Assembly (NCBI GenBank): GCA_963798845.1
Contig: CAWCUS010000006.1
Location: 416,001 to 480,000 of the forward strand
Direction: 5' to 3'
Length of the DNA: 64,000 nucleotides
Origin: an uncultured Gemmatimonadales bacterium
Lineage (GTDB): Bacteria; Gemmatimonadota; Gemmatimonadetes; Longimicrobiales; RSA9
This document shows, in pieces, positions 36,771 to 48,165 of this stretch. The notes under the pieces are model-generated. The model made no database searches. It was not told where the DNA came from and worked only from the letters and a program-made list of their open reading frames with translations. Position 1 is the stretch's first letter, and each line of letters starts with the position of its first letter. A program made the position numbers and the translations under genes.

Positions 36771-37295
36771 ATGCACCGAAGCGCGTACGAGGCGGGGCGG
36801 ACGTTCGAGGAGTTCCTGGCGTCGGCCTCGTCGAACCGGGAGATGTGGGAGGGGCTGGCGGCGAGGGCCCGGGTATCCGACGCGGAGGTGGCGCGCTGCG
36901 CGGCGATCGAGGGCGAGTGGAAGCTGTTGGCGCTGGCGGAGGACTGGTGTGGCGACGCGGTGAACGCTCTGCCCGTGATCGCTCGCCTGGCGGACGCGGC
37001 GCCCAACCTGTCGCTCCGGATCGTGGGGCGGGAGGAGTTCCCTGGCCTCATGGAGCGCCACCTGACGACCGGCACCCGGTCGATCCCGGTCGTGGTGCTT
37101 CTCGATGGCGAGGGCCAGCCCCACGGGTGGTGGGGCCCACGGCCGCGCGCCCTGCAAGCGTGGTTCGAGGCGGAGGGCCGGACGCTGCCGAAGGACGTGC
37201 GCTATCGGGAGCTGCGCCGCTGGTACGCCCGCGACCGCGGCGCCGCCGTCGCCCGGGAGGTGGTGGACCTGCTCGCCGCCTCCGTGAGCACGTAG
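36771..37295 (+). CDS. Thioredoxin-family protein (WCGD)
   Basis: LAEDWCGDA, TRSIPVVV, WGPRP. Confidence 0.85.
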   Translation: MHRSAYEAGRTFEEFLASASSNREMWEGLAARARVSDAEVARCAAIEGEWKLLALAEDWCGDAVNALPVIARLADAAPNLSLRIVGREEFPGLMERHLTTGTRSIPVVVLLDGEGQPHGWWGPRPRALQAWFEAEGRTLPKDVRYRELRRWYARDRGAAVAREVVDLLAASVST

Positions 37296-39097
37296 AAATC
37301 GGGATCCACCCGGAACGCGTCCGGCGACGGCAGGCTCACCGTCGCTTCTCGCCACTCCCCCGTCACCGGCAGGATCCAGCCGAAGCGGCCCGGGGCCAGG
37401 GTCACCCGGATGGGCATGGCGAACTCCTTCACGTCCGCCTTCCAGCGATAGCGCAGCGTGCTCCCGTCGAGCATGTACTCCAGCGTGGGCGGCTGCGTGT
37501 GGCGCAGGTACTGGTCGAACACGGGACCCAGGTCCAGCCCGGCGCGCTCGCTGATGTAGTCCTCGATCTGGCGGGTCGTGACGGTCCGGTAGCCGAACGT
37601 CTCCTGGAGGCCGCGCAGGATCCGACGCCAGCGGACGTCGTCGTCCACCAGCTGCCGGATCGTGTGCAGCATGTTCCCGCCCTTGTAGTACATGTCGCCG
37701 GAGCCCTCGGTGTTCACGCCGTAGGGCCCGATGATCGGGCGGTCGTTCTGGATGCGGGCGCGGGTGCCCCTGACGTACTCGGCGGCCGCCTGCTTCCCGT
37801 ACAGGCACTCGGTATAGAGGCTCTCGGCGTAGTTGGCGAAGGACTCGTGGACCCACATGTCCGCGATGTCCTTGCTCGTGATGCTGTTCCCCCACCACTC
37901 GTGGGCGCTCTCGTGGACGATGATGAAGTCCCAGAGCAGCCCCCAGCCGGTGCCGGACAGGTCGCGGCCCAGATAGCCGTTCTGGAAGTGGTTGCCGTAC
38001 GCCACCGCGGTCTGGTGCTCCATGCCCAGGTGGGGCGCCTCCACCAGCTTGTAGCTGTCGGCGTAGAACGGGTACGGACCGAACCAGTGCTCGAAGCAGC
38101 GGAGCATGGGCTTCACCTGGACGAACTGCTTCTTCGCCTGCTCCAGGTGCGCGGCCAGCACCCAGAAATCGAGGTCGAGCGCTCCGTTCTCCCCGGCGAA
38201 GGTGTCGCCGAAGTGGACGTAGTCCCCGGCGTTCACGGCCACGTCGTAGTTGTTGATGGGGCTCGAGACGAACCAGGTGTACGACGTCGTCCCGTCCGCG
38301 TGCTCCTCCGTCTCCCGCAGCCGCCCGTTGGACACGTCCACCATGCCCGAGGGCACGGTGATGCGAACCCGCATGCTGTCCGGCTCGTCCGACTGGTGGT
38401 CCTTGTCGGGCCACCAGATGCTGGCGCCCACACCCTGGTTGGCCGTGGCGACCCACGGCTTCCCGTTCGGGTCTGTGGCCCAGATGAACCCGCCATCCCA
38501 CGGCGCATTCTCGGCCACGCGCGGCTTCCCATGGTAGTAGACCGTCACGCGCCCGGTGCTCCCGACTGCCGCCGCACCCGGAATCCGGACGAAGAAGGCA
38601 TTCCCGTCTCGCCGGTAGCCCAGGCGAAGCCCGCCCTGGACCATGCTGTCCACCACCAGCGGGGTCATGAGGTCGATCTGCATCTCGCTCGGCGCGCCGG
38701 TCACGGTGTACGTGATCGTGTTCGAGCCGGCGATGGAGGAGTCGGCGGGGCTCACGCGCACATCGAGGTCATAGAACGAGACGTCCCACCACGCGCGCTC
38801 GGGCGTGACGCTGCCCCGCAGCGTATCGGCGTGGGTGAACGCGGGCTGCTGCTGCGCCGCCGCCGGCGAGATGGCTGCGGCCAGCGTGAGACCCGCCGCG
38901 ACGGCCAGGGTGAAGCCCGCGCCGACCGCCACGGTGGGTCCGGCCGCCAGCGTTCGCCGCGTCGCCGGCGTTCGCCGCGCCCCCGGCGTTCGCCGCGTCG
39001 CCAGCGTTCGCCGCGTCGCCGTGGATCGGGTGTCGGGGCGTCTGGCCGCTCTCACGGCCGCCGAAAAGGCTCGCATCGTCAGGCCGCTCTCCGTCAT
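37202..39097 (-). CDS. M1-family aminopeptidase, secreted
   Basis: GMEHQ, HESAHEWWGN...WVHESFANY, YYKG; ATG at 39097 directly after the corrected S9 stop. Confidence 0.9.
   Translation of the reverse strand: MTESGLTMRAFSAAVRAARRPDTRSTATRRTLATRRTPGARRTPATRRTLAAGPTVAVGAGFTLAVAAGLTLAAAISPAAAQQQPAFTHADTLRGSVTPERAWWDVSFYDLDVRVSPADSSIAGSNTITYTVTGAPSEMQIDLMTPLVVDSMVQGGLRLGYRRDGNAFFVRIPGAAAVGSTGRVTVYYHGKPRVAENAPWDGGFIWATDPNGKPWVATANQGVGASIWWPDKDHQSDEPDSMRVRITVPSGMVDVSNGRLRETEEHADGTTSYTWFVSSPINNYDVAVNAGDYVHFGDTFAGENGALDLDFWVLAAHLEQAKKQFVQVKPMLRCFEHWFGPYPFYADSYKLVEAPHLGMEHQTAVAYGNHFQNGYLGRDLSGTGWGLLWDFIIVHESAHEWWGNSITSKDIADMWVHESFANYAESLYTECLYGKQAAAEYVRGTRARIQNDRPIIGPYGVNTEGSGDMYYKGGNMLHTIRQLVDDDVRWRRILRGLQETFGYRTVTTRQIEDYISERAGLDLGPVFDQYLRHTQPPTLEYMLDGSTLRYRWKADVKEFAMPIRVTLAPGRFGWILPVTGEWREATVSLPSPDAFRVDPDFYVLTEAASRSTTSRATAAPRSRAYQRRSSR
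38946..39017. repeat. Four 18-bp tandem repeats in the M1 peptidase N-terminus
   Basis: GCCAGCGTTCGCCGCGTC-like unit x4 encoding RRTLAT/RRTPGA/RRTPAT/RRTLAA. Confidence 0.85.
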
Positions 39098-39099
39098 CG

Positions 39100-41452
39100 T
39101 CAGTTCAATGGCTGCCCGCCGGCGGGCAGGTGGTCGAGGAGGTACCGCGTCAGCAGCGAGTACACGTGGAGCGTGGTCCCCGGTCCTTCGCAGAATGCAG
39201 TGGCTCCGGTTCGGATACGACATGTAGTCGAAGGTCTTCCCGAGTGCGACCAGGCGGTTCACCAGCCGCTCGCTGCCCTGTGCGTGCACGTTGTCGTCGC
39301 CGGTGCCGTGGACCAGGAGGAGATCGCCGCGGAGCCCCTCGGCGAAGTTGATGGGCGACCCGAGGCGGTAGCCGTCCGCGTTGTCCTGCGGCAGACCCAT
39401 GTAGCGCTCCTGGTAGACCGTGTCGTACAGCCGCTGGTCCGGCACGGGCGCCACCGCCATTCCGACGCTGTACACGTCCGGATAGCGGAACATCGCGTTC
39501 AGCGTGGCCGAGCCGCCGCCGCTCCACCCCCAGACCCCTACCCGCGTCGGGTCCAGGTACTGCCGGCTCCGGGTCAGCGCACGCACGGCCTCCGCCTGCT
39601 CGCGGCTCGACAGCACGCCGACCTGGCCGTACACCACCTTGCGCCACGCCCGCCCCTTCGGCGCCGGCGTGCCGCGGTTGTCCACGCTGGCCACGACGTA
39701 GCCCTGATCGGCGAGCATGCGGTGCCACATCCCGGTCCCCCGCTGCCACGCGTCCCTCACCGTCTGCGCCGCCGGCTCCGTGTACACGTGCATCAGGAGC
39801 GGGTACCGCTTCGATGGGTCGAAGTCCTTCGGGAAGATCATCCAGCCGTCCAGAACCACCCCATCGCCGACGTCGATGCGGAAGAACTCCTCCCGCCGTT
39901 CCAGCGCCGGTGCCGCGGCCGCCCTCAATCGATCGTTGGACACGAGCGTTCGGACCACCGTGTGGTCGGGCAGCCGGACCAGGTCGGTCACCGGCGGCTC
40001 GCCGAAGCTGGAGCGGGTGTGCAGCGCCCACCGGCCGCCGGGCGCCTCCTGGTAGGCGTGCGTCCCGGGCTGGTCACCGGGCGTGAGCTGGCGCGCCCGG
40101 CCCCCGGAGATGGGGATGCGGAAGAGGTAGGACCGCGTCGCATCGTCCGGAGACGCCATCACGTCGATCCACCCGGCGACGGGATCCACACCCACCACCG
40201 AGATCACGTCCCACGCTCCGGGCGTCAGCAGCTTCGCGCGCCCTCGGCGATCGACCGCGTAGAGGTGCCGCCAGCCGTCGCGCTCGCTCAGCCAGAGCAT
40301 GCGACGCCCGCCGTCGAGCCACTGCCAGTGGTCAACCACGTCCAGCCACGCGCTGTCCCGCTCGGTGAACATCTCGCGGACCGCACCGGTGGACGCGCTG
40401 GCCAGCATGACCCGGTTCGTGTTCTGGAGCCGGTTCATGCGCTGGAGCACCAGCTCGTCCGGTCCGGACCACTCCATGCGCGGCAGGTAGTCGTCGCGCG
40501 TGTCCCCCGGCAGGTCCAGCCACACCGTCTCGCCTCCGTCCGCCGGGATCACGCCCGCCCGAACCGCGGAGTTCGTGGTGCCCGCCTTCGGGTACTGCAC
40601 CGGGATGGTGAAGGAGTAGAGCGAGTCCGTGTCGTTGATGAGCAGGTAGTCCCGCACGCCGGTCATGTCGAACTGCCAGTACGCGATACGCGACCCGTCG
40701 GGCGACCAGCGGAAGGCATCCCGCAGATCGAGCTCCTCCTCGTACACCCAGTCCGTGGTCCCGTTGACGAGCGTGCGGGAGCCCGTCCGCGTCAGCCGGA
40801 CGGGGTCGCCCGGCGCACCGTCCTCGCCCAGCGACTCGACGTAGAGGTCGCCGCCGCGCACATAGGCGACGCGGTCACCCGAGGGCGAGAACTTGGCGAA
40901 CATGAGGGTGGACGGCGCCGCGTCGGGGCCGCCCAGCCGCGAGAGATGGCCCGTGCGGAGGTCGAGGACCCAGAAGTCGCCCCGGGTGTTGTCGCGCCAG
41001 ACGCGCTCGGAGTTCGTGAACACGAGGAGTCGGCGGCCGTCCGCGGACCAGTGATAGTCGTCCACGGGCAGCGGCGCTTCGCCCGCCGCCGGCACGAGCC
41101 TGGCCGCGGGCACGAAGACCCGCCTGTCTCCCGTCTCAGCATCGTAGCGGACGATGTCGGTGCCAACCCCGTCTGCGGCGGGCTCCAGGGTGGTGTAGCT
41201 GCCCCCGTCCAGCCAGCGCGCCGGGCCAAAGCGGTCCGGGGCGTACGTCGCGGACGCGAAAATGCGCTCCAGCTCCGCTTCCACGGCGGGATCGAGCCCC
41301 TGCTGGCTCCGGCGCACATGCAGCGCGGGCGGCCCGGATGGCGAGCCCCGGGGCGAAGCCTGCTGGGCCTCGAGCGGGTGCACCGCCCCGGCGGCGGGAG
41401 TGGTGGCGAACACGACTGTGGCGGCGAGCGCGGTCAGGAACGAGCGTCGCAT
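39100..41452 (-). CDS. S9-family dipeptidyl peptidase IV; +1 frameshift at ~39194
   Basis: DPP-IV propeller (NGTTDWVYEEE), GWSGGG nucleophile, HGTGDDNVH, YPNRSH. Removing one base restores the C-terminus CICEGPGTTLHVYSLLTRYLLDHL with stop at 39100. Confidence 0.9.
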
Positions 41453-41533
41453 GCGTTTTCCCGGCATCGGAGTCGGCAGGGCTTCGGGGTCACCCACTGG
41501 TATCATTCCGCGGCGCCCGCCGCCAGCCGCGCC

Positions 41534-41673
41534 GCCCTCGTCGGGCGGCCGGCCGGGGCGCGTGTCGGGCCCTCGTCGGGCGGCCGGCCGGGGCGCGTGT
41601 CGGGCCCTCGTCGGGCGGCCGGCCGGGGCGCGTGCCGGGCCCTCGTCGGGCGGCCGGCCGGGGCGCGCGTCGG
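41534..41673. repeat. Four 35-bp tandem repeats (no spacers)
   Basis: GCCCTCGTCGGGCGGCCGGCCGGGGCGCGTGTCGG x4 with single substitutions in units 3 and 4. Confidence 0.9.
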
Positions 41674-41710
41674 GGCCCGGCCAGAACGGGTGGAGGGGGG
41701 CTGTATCTCG

Positions 41711-41832
41711 CCGCCGGATCTCTCCAGCTGGAGAGATCACCCGTCACCGTCGGTTGGCGTAACCGTCTGGCGGACTTGTGTTTACGCAGCCGCAAACTGT
41801 CCCGGATCTCTCCACCTGGAGAGAATCGGCGG
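41711..41832. repeat. Palindromic REP/MITE-like element
   Basis: Perfect 22-bp palindrome GATCTCTCCAGCTGGAGAGATC (41717-41738) and a near-copy starting at 41805, framed by CCGCCG/CGGCGG, with inner GCGTAA/TTACGC. Confidence 0.65.
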
Positions 41833-41871
41833 TGTGGCATGCCAGACGCGCGTCGGTCCCCGGCGCCAGGA

Positions 41872-42825
41872 TCAGCGGGCGGCGCCAGCCGAGTCTCCGG
41901 CGGTGAGCAGGCTGAGCGGATCCACGGTGATGCGGCCGTAGCGCACGATCCAGTGCAGGTGCGGTCCGGTTGCGCGGCCGGTGGCGCCGACACGGCCGAT
42001 GACCTGCCCGGCTTGGACCGTGTCGCCGGTGGCGACGAGCTGCTCGCTCAGGTGGAGGTAGGCGGTGACCAGCCCGCCGCCATGATCCACGTAGATCACG
42101 TTTCCGCCCAGGTAGAACCGGTCGACCAGCGCCACCACGCCTCTCGCGGCCGCCCTTACCGGCGCGCCCACGGCGCCGGCGAAGTCGGTGCCCATGTGTC
42201 GGCTGGTGACCTGGCCGTTGAACGTCCGGCCATCGCCGAATCCGCTGGTGATGCGGCCGTCGCGCGGGGGCAGCACGGGTGCGCTCCAGAGGCGGGGTGT
42301 GGCGTGGGAACGCTCCGATAGGGCGTACGCGCGCTGCGCCTCGTCGTGCATCCGGGCCTGCAGCGCCGAATCCGGGGGCTCCCCATAGCGGGGCGCCACC
42401 TGGAGCGCTTCCATCCGGTACGCTCCCCGGCGGACCGGGACGGCCATGGTCATGGAGTCGAGGGCGTCGTCGTTCCAGCGGGCGACGAGGGGGAGGCCGA
42501 GCTCACCGGCGCTGTCGATCGGTGCGGCGGCGAGCGCGACGAACTCGCCGGGCCTCGTCTCGCGGAAGTGGAGCGGCTCGCCTGCGAATCGGCCGCTGAT
42601 CTCGACGATCTGGTCGGCGCGGTCGGCGTTGACGACGATGCGGAAGAGCCGACCCTGGACGGGATCCGGCGGCTCCCAGCGGGCATCGATGCAGGGCACC
42701 TGCGCCGCGCCGGAGCGAGTCGCCGCGACGTCAACCGCGAGCGCACCGGCCGCGGGCAGGACGCCACCGCGGGCAACGGCGGCGGCGAGCGCCAAAGCGT
42801 GCGCGGCGTTGCGGCGGTGCGGCAA
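41872..42825 (-). CDS. M23-family metallopeptidase
   Basis: HMGTDF, YLHLS, GATGRATGPHLHW; TTG start after GGAGG (GTG at 42831 is an alternative). Confidence 0.9.
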   Translation of the reverse strand: MPHRRNAAHALALAAAVARGGVLPAAGALAVDVAATRSGAAQVPCIDARWEPPDPVQGRLFRIVVNADRADQIVEISGRFAGEPLHFRETRPGEFVALAAAPIDSAGELGLPLVARWNDDALDSMTMAVPVRRGAYRMEALQVAPRYGEPPDSALQARMHDEAQRAYALSERSHATPRLWSAPVLPPRDGRITSGFGDGRTFNGQVTSRHMGTDFAGAVGAPVRAAARGVVALVDRFYLGGNVIYVDHGGGLVTAYLHLSEQLVATGDTVQAGQVIGRVGATGRATGPHLHWIVRYGRITVDPLSLLTAGDSAGAAR

Positions 42826-42839
42826 TGCCACCTCCGGTG

Positions 42840-45186
42840 CTAGCGGTCGGGCAGGTGGGCGAGGGCGTCCAGGATGATCCCGGGCGTCAGGAGCTGCGGC
42901 AGCACGCGAGGCGCGGCGTCCGGGTCTGCGGGGTAGAGCACGTAGAGCGGCACGCCCACGCGTCCGAACGACGCCAGCGCCTCCGTGATCTCCGGATCGC
43001 GGCGCGTCCAGTCCGCCCGGACCAGGGCCACGTTTGCGTCGGCGAACGCGCGTCGCACCGGCTCGGTATCCAGGGCCACCCGCTCGTTGACCTGGCAGCT
43101 GATGCACCAGGCTGCCGTGAAGTCGAGGAAGACGGGGCGTCCGGCCGCCCGCTCGGCGGCCACGACGTCGGGCGTGAAGGGAGTCCACGCGGCGTCGGCC
43201 GCGCTCGCTCCGCCGGGGAGGTCGGGGTAGCGAACGCCCCGGGCGGCGGCCATGACCGCGGTCGCGAGGGCGAGGAGGGCGAGGCCGCGGGTCACGAACC
43301 GGCTGCGGCGAGGGATCGTGGAGGCGGGCCAACGGCCCACGAGCCACGCGGCCACGGTCAGCAGGAGGAGTCCGAACAGCAGCCTGGCCGCCCCACCGAT
43401 ACCCACCTGGAGACCGAACACCCAGACCAGCCAGATGGCGACTGCGAACATGGGGAAGGAGAGGAACTGCTTGAAGGTCTCCATCCAGCGTCCCGGCCGG
43501 GGCAGCCGGCCGGCGAGGGCGGGCCAGAAGGAAAGCACGACGAACGGGGCCGCCATCCCGGCGCCGAGCGCCGCGAAGATGCCGAGCGCCTCGGGCGCGG
43601 GGCGGATCAGGGCGGCGCCCACGGCAGCACCCATGAACGGCGCCGTGCACGGTGTGGCGACCACGGTCGCCAGCACGCCGGTGAGGAAGGAGGCGGCGGC
43701 GCCTTCTCCCTGGCCGACGCCGCCGAGCCGTGTCAGCGACGCACCGAGCTCCACCACGCCGGCCAGCCAGAGGCCGATTCCGAACATGAGCGCGGCCAGC
43801 AGGGCCACCACGGTCGGACTCTGGAGCTGGTAGCCCCACCCGACCTGCGCCCCGCCGGCTCGCACGACCATCAGGATCCCTGCCACCAGCAGGAACATGA
43901 CGATGACGCCCGCCCCGAAAGCCAGGCCGTCCCGGCGCATCCCCTCGCGATCGCCGCCGCGGCTCGCGAACGCCAGCGCCTTCAGCGACAGGATCGGGAA
44001 GACGCACGGCATCAGGTTGAGGATCACGCCGCCGAGGAAAGCGAACACGAGGGCGACGACCAGCGACAGCGACGCACCGGCCGACGCGCCGGCGACGCGC
44101 GCCGCCGGCGGCGCCTTCGGCTCCTCCCGCCGCCGTCCCGTTCGCATCGTCGGGCGCCTTTCGCCCTGCGGCGACGCCGACCAATGCGGCCTCGAGCGGA
44201 CGGACGTGCTCCGCGGCCCATGCCACGCCGCCCCGCTGCACCGGCACCGCGACCTCGAGACCGTGGTGCCCGGCCGTGTCCACCGCGACGCCCGCCGGAA
44301 AGGCCAGGACGCCCGTGAGCACATCCGGCTCCTCGGGCAGGTACTCCGATTGCGTCAGCCGGAGCCGCAGCTCCCCGTTCGCCTCGCCCAGCGGCTGTTG
44401 CGCCACGTGGCTGAGCTGCGTGGGGTCGTTGGGGAAGAAATACGCGCGCTCCGGATCCCCGTTCCAACCGGCCGGCGGTCGGGCGGCCAGCACGAACCCG
44501 CCGTCCACCCGCGCCGCCCGGAAGCTCCAGCCGGAATCATCCGCGGGGAGGCGGGAGCGGAACGCGGCGATGAGTGCGGAATCGCCCGACGGCGAGGCCG
44601 ACCCCGCCACCGCGACGGGGAGCGCCAGCGACACGGTGGTGCTGGCGGGGATGCAAACGTCGGCGCAGACCAGGAAGTCCACGGCGGCGGAAAGCTGAAC
44701 GGACGGACTGCCGACGTCGGCGGGCGGGGTGATCCGGGCGAGGAGCACCACCTCGTCCTGGTACCCGTAGTTCATGAGCGGCGGGTACGGTATGCGCTCG
44801 GGAATCGGGTACTGGAGCGAGTCCGCGGTGAAGCCGGGCGGGAGGCGCCAGGCCACGACGGCGCCGTTCCCCGCGTCGCCGGCGTTCTTCCAGTACGTGT
44901 GCCACCCCGCGTCCAGCGTGATGCGCAGCCCGACGGTGAACGGCTCCCCCGGACGCACGGCCGCGACGTCGCTGATCAGGCGGGCATCGCTGTGCGGGGT
45001 GGGGTCGTCCTGCTGGAATCGCGGCGACGGCGATGCGGGCGCCGAAGCGCCAGCGGGCGCCGGCGGCGCCGGTGCCGCCGCGCCCAGCCCGAGCGCGGCG
45101 GCCAGGAGCAGCGCCGCGCGCGGCCAGGCCGCCCGCCGGACCGCCGAGCCATGCCCGTTGCGCCGCCCCTTCACGCTCGCATTCAT
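42840..45186 (-). CDS. dsbD: Thiol:disulfide interchange protein DsbD; frameshift near 44100
   Basis: N-domain GWHTYWKNAGDAG and CADVC in one frame; TM domain LNLMPCVFP, ATPCTAP and thioredoxin WCISC in another. Confidence 0.88.
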
Positions 45187-45361
45187 CTCGACTGCCTCAT
45201 CCCGCTGCGCCAGCTCCCGGAGTAGTGGTTCCCGGGAAACGCTCCGCCCAATGATCGCGCGTTCCGCCGGGCCGTGCCACCCCGCTCCGCCGCGGCGTGT
45301 GCAAGACCGGCGCTCTCGTTCGTCCCCCCACTCCGGAGACCCGAACCGGAGGACAGTACCC

Positions 45362-47621
45362 ATGTGCACCACGAAGAGGTTCACACGCGCGCTTCGACGC
45401 TCGCTGCTGCTCGCGGCGGCCGGCGTCCTTCTCGGCTTCGCGGCGGCGACGCCGGGTGCGGCCCAGGGCTGGATCGAGCCGCTGCCGGGCGGCCCCGCGC
45501 TGGTCCGGCTGCGCAGCGACGTGCGGGTCACGGTGACAGGCAGGGTGGCGGAAGTCGCCGTGGAGGAGTGGTTCCAGAATCGCGGCGGCGGTCTCGCCGA
45601 GGGCACGTACCTCTATCCGCTCCCCGGGGAGGCGGTGTTCTCGAACTTCAGCCTGTACCAGGGGGACCGCGAGCTGCGCGGCGAGACCATGGATGCCGGC
45701 CAGGCCCGGGGCATCTACGAGGCCATCGTCCGCAAGCGACGGGACCCGGCCCTCATCGAGCTCGCCGGCCACGGCCTCATCCGCGCCCGCGTCTTCCCCA
45801 TCGAGCCCGGCCAGACGCGCCGCATCACGCTTGCGCTACACCCAGGTGCTCGAGCGCGCCGGGGACGCCGTCCAGTTCCGCTACGCCGCGGGCATGGCCG
45901 GCCAGCCAGCCCCGACGCCCGTTCCCGTCCCGGTGCGCCGATCCGGCGCCGCCACCGACGCGGGCGGCGACGCGCCGCTCCGCTTCACCCTCGAGGCAGC
46001 CGACTCGCTCTTCGACCGGCCCTTCTCGCCGACGCACGAGCTGCGGGTGGAGCACCTCCATGGGCGGCTCAGGGTGACACCGGCGCACGACCTGACCGGC
46101 GACTTCACGGTCTTCCTCCCGCTCCGCCGCCCCGGCGTGGGAATCACGCTGGTGGCCCATCGTCCATCGGGCGAGGCCGGGTATTTCATGCTCACGCTCT
46201 CGCCGGGCGCCGCGGATGGCGAGGGTGAGCCGCGCGACGTCACGGCCGTCGTGGACGTATCCGGCTCCATGTCGGGCGAGAAGCTGGAGCAGACGAAGGA
46301 CGCGCTGCGCCAGCTCCTCGGGTCGCTCGGCGGCAACGACCGCTTCCGCCTCATCGCGTTCAGCAGCGGGATCCGGACGAGCTCGGCCGAATGGACGCGC
46401 GCGGACGCCGGCGGGATCGGGGAAGCGCGGAGGTGGGTGGACGGCCTGCAGGCGGACGGCGGTACCAACATCGCCGGCGCCCTGGAGGAAGCGTTCCGCC
46501 TCTCGTCCCCCGACGGACGGCTGCCGATCGTGCTGTTCCTGACCGACGGCCTGCCCACCGTCGGCGAGCGTGACCCGGAGCGGATCGCCGCCGACGCGGA
46601 GGCCGGGCGGGGGAGGGCGAGGGTGTTCGCGTTCGGCGTCGGCTACGACGTGAACACGTACCTCCTCGATCGCCTGAGCGCCGCGGCGCGGGGCAGCACC
46701 GCGTACGTGGAGCCCGGGGAGGACGTGGAGCGGGCGGTGTCGGATCTGGCCGCGAAGGTCACGCACCCGGTGCTCACGGATCTCGAGCTCGCCGGCGCCC
46801 CGGTCCGGTTCACGGAGGTCTACCCCCGAACGCTCCCGGACCTCTTCGCCGGTGAGGAGCTGGTCCTGTTCGGCCGGTACGAGGGAAACGGCAGCGGGGC
46901 GCTGCGGATCCGAGGCCGCCGGGCCGGGCGGTGGGAGCAGTTCGGCGTGGACGCCTCGTTCCCCGACCACTCGGACTCCAACGACTACATCGCCCGCCTG
47001 TGGGCGGCGCGCAAGCTGGGCGAGCTCACCCGGACCGCGCGCCTCGAAGGAGCGACGCCGGCGCGGGTCGAGGAGATCCGCCAGACAGCGCTCCGCTACG
47101 GGCTGCTGAGCGAGTACACGTCCTACCTGGTGCAGGAGCCGCCCACGGTCGCCGACGGTCGTGCCTCGCCCGCCAACGCGGCCAACGCGTTCGGGGGCGG
47201 ACGCGTCGCGCTCGAGTCCATGGTGGTCACGGGACAGGCGGCTGTGAAGGCGTCCGAGACGGCCAGGCTGCGGCGCGAGGTTGCGTCGGCGAAGACCCTC
47301 GCGGACGCGGAGGACGCCATGTCCTCGCGGCTGGGTGGCGCAGGCCTCCGGGTCGTGGCCGGCCGGAGCTTCCGGCTGGACGGCTCCGTTTGGAAGGAGG
47401 TCCGGCCCGCTGGAGACTCGACGCGCGTGGTGGAGGTCCGGCTCTTCAGCCCGGCGTACTTCGAGCTGCTGCGCGCCGCACCCGAGCTCAGGCCGATCGT
47501 GAAGGAGCTGGAGCGGGCGGAGATCGCCGGTGCGGACGTGGTCTTCCGCTTCGGCGACGAGGGGCTGGTGCAGCTGACCACCCGCGAAGCCGCGCGGCTG
47601 GTGCGGGCCTTCCGCGGCTGA
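45362..47621 (+). CDS. VIT and VWA domain protein, secreted; +1 frameshift at ~45831
   Basis: VIT (EGTYLYPLP, ARGIYEAIV..RRDPALIE), MIDAS DVSGSM, GGTNI, LTDGLPT; ACGCTTGCGCTAC contains one extra T. Confidence 0.88.
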
Positions 47622-47661
47622 AGAGGTACTGCGCGCCGCCACGACGTCGTAAACTGGAGCC

Positions 47662-48165
47662 ATGACCGTAGACTGGGCGAACGTGTACCGGCAATCCTTC
47701 CCGGACCTGGTCCGGTACCTCTACCGCAAGGTGTGGGACGCCGAGCGGGCGCGGGACCTGGCGCAGGAAGCGTTCGCCCGGTCGCTGGGGCGGGAGCCGG
47801 ACGACCCGCGAGGCTGGGTATTCACGGTGGCCGCCAACCTGGCCCGGGACGAAGCGCGCACCGATATCCGGCGGCGACGACACCTGGTGCTGGTCCGGGC
47901 CGAGCTGGAGACGGATCCGGTACCCGCAGACCCGCTGGGCCAACTGGAGGCCCGGGAATCGGCCGAGCAGGCGAGGGCCGCGCTCGAGCGTCTCGGCGAA
48001 CGCGACCGCGAGGTGCTGCTCCTCTGGGATGCAGGGATGAGCTATCGCGACATCGCGCAGCGGACGGGCTTGGCCCAGGGGGCCGTCGGCACCACGCTGG
48101 CCCGAGCGCGGAAACGGCTGGTGGAAGCATACGAAGCGGAGACGACCAATGCCGCACGTGGATGA
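47662..48165 (+). CDS. ECF RNA polymerase sigma factor
   Basis: ARDLAQEAF, WVFTVAANLARD, MSYRDIA...GAVGTTLARARKRL. Confidence 0.92.
   Translation: MTVDWANVYRQSFPDLVRYLYRKVWDAERARDLAQEAFARSLGREPDDPRGWVFTVAANLARDEARTDIRRRRHLVLVRAELETDPVPADPLGQLEARESAEQARAALERLGERDREVLLLWDAGMSYRDIAQRTGLAQGAVGTTLARARKRLVEAYEAETTNAARG

Noticed and set aside
41534..41673. CRISPR array
   Set aside because: The 35-bp units are directly adjacent with no unique spacers, and there are no cas genes.
37202..41740. Apparent 1512-aa S9-M1 peptidase fusion
   Set aside because: One extra base at ~39194 joins two genes; correcting it restores the normal S9 C-terminus, a stop at 39100 and an M1 start at 39097.
41872..45606. 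Apparent 1244-aa DsbD-N/M23 fusion
   Set aside because: Caused by the dsbD frameshift near 44100; the middle is an off-frame reading of the DsbD membrane domain.
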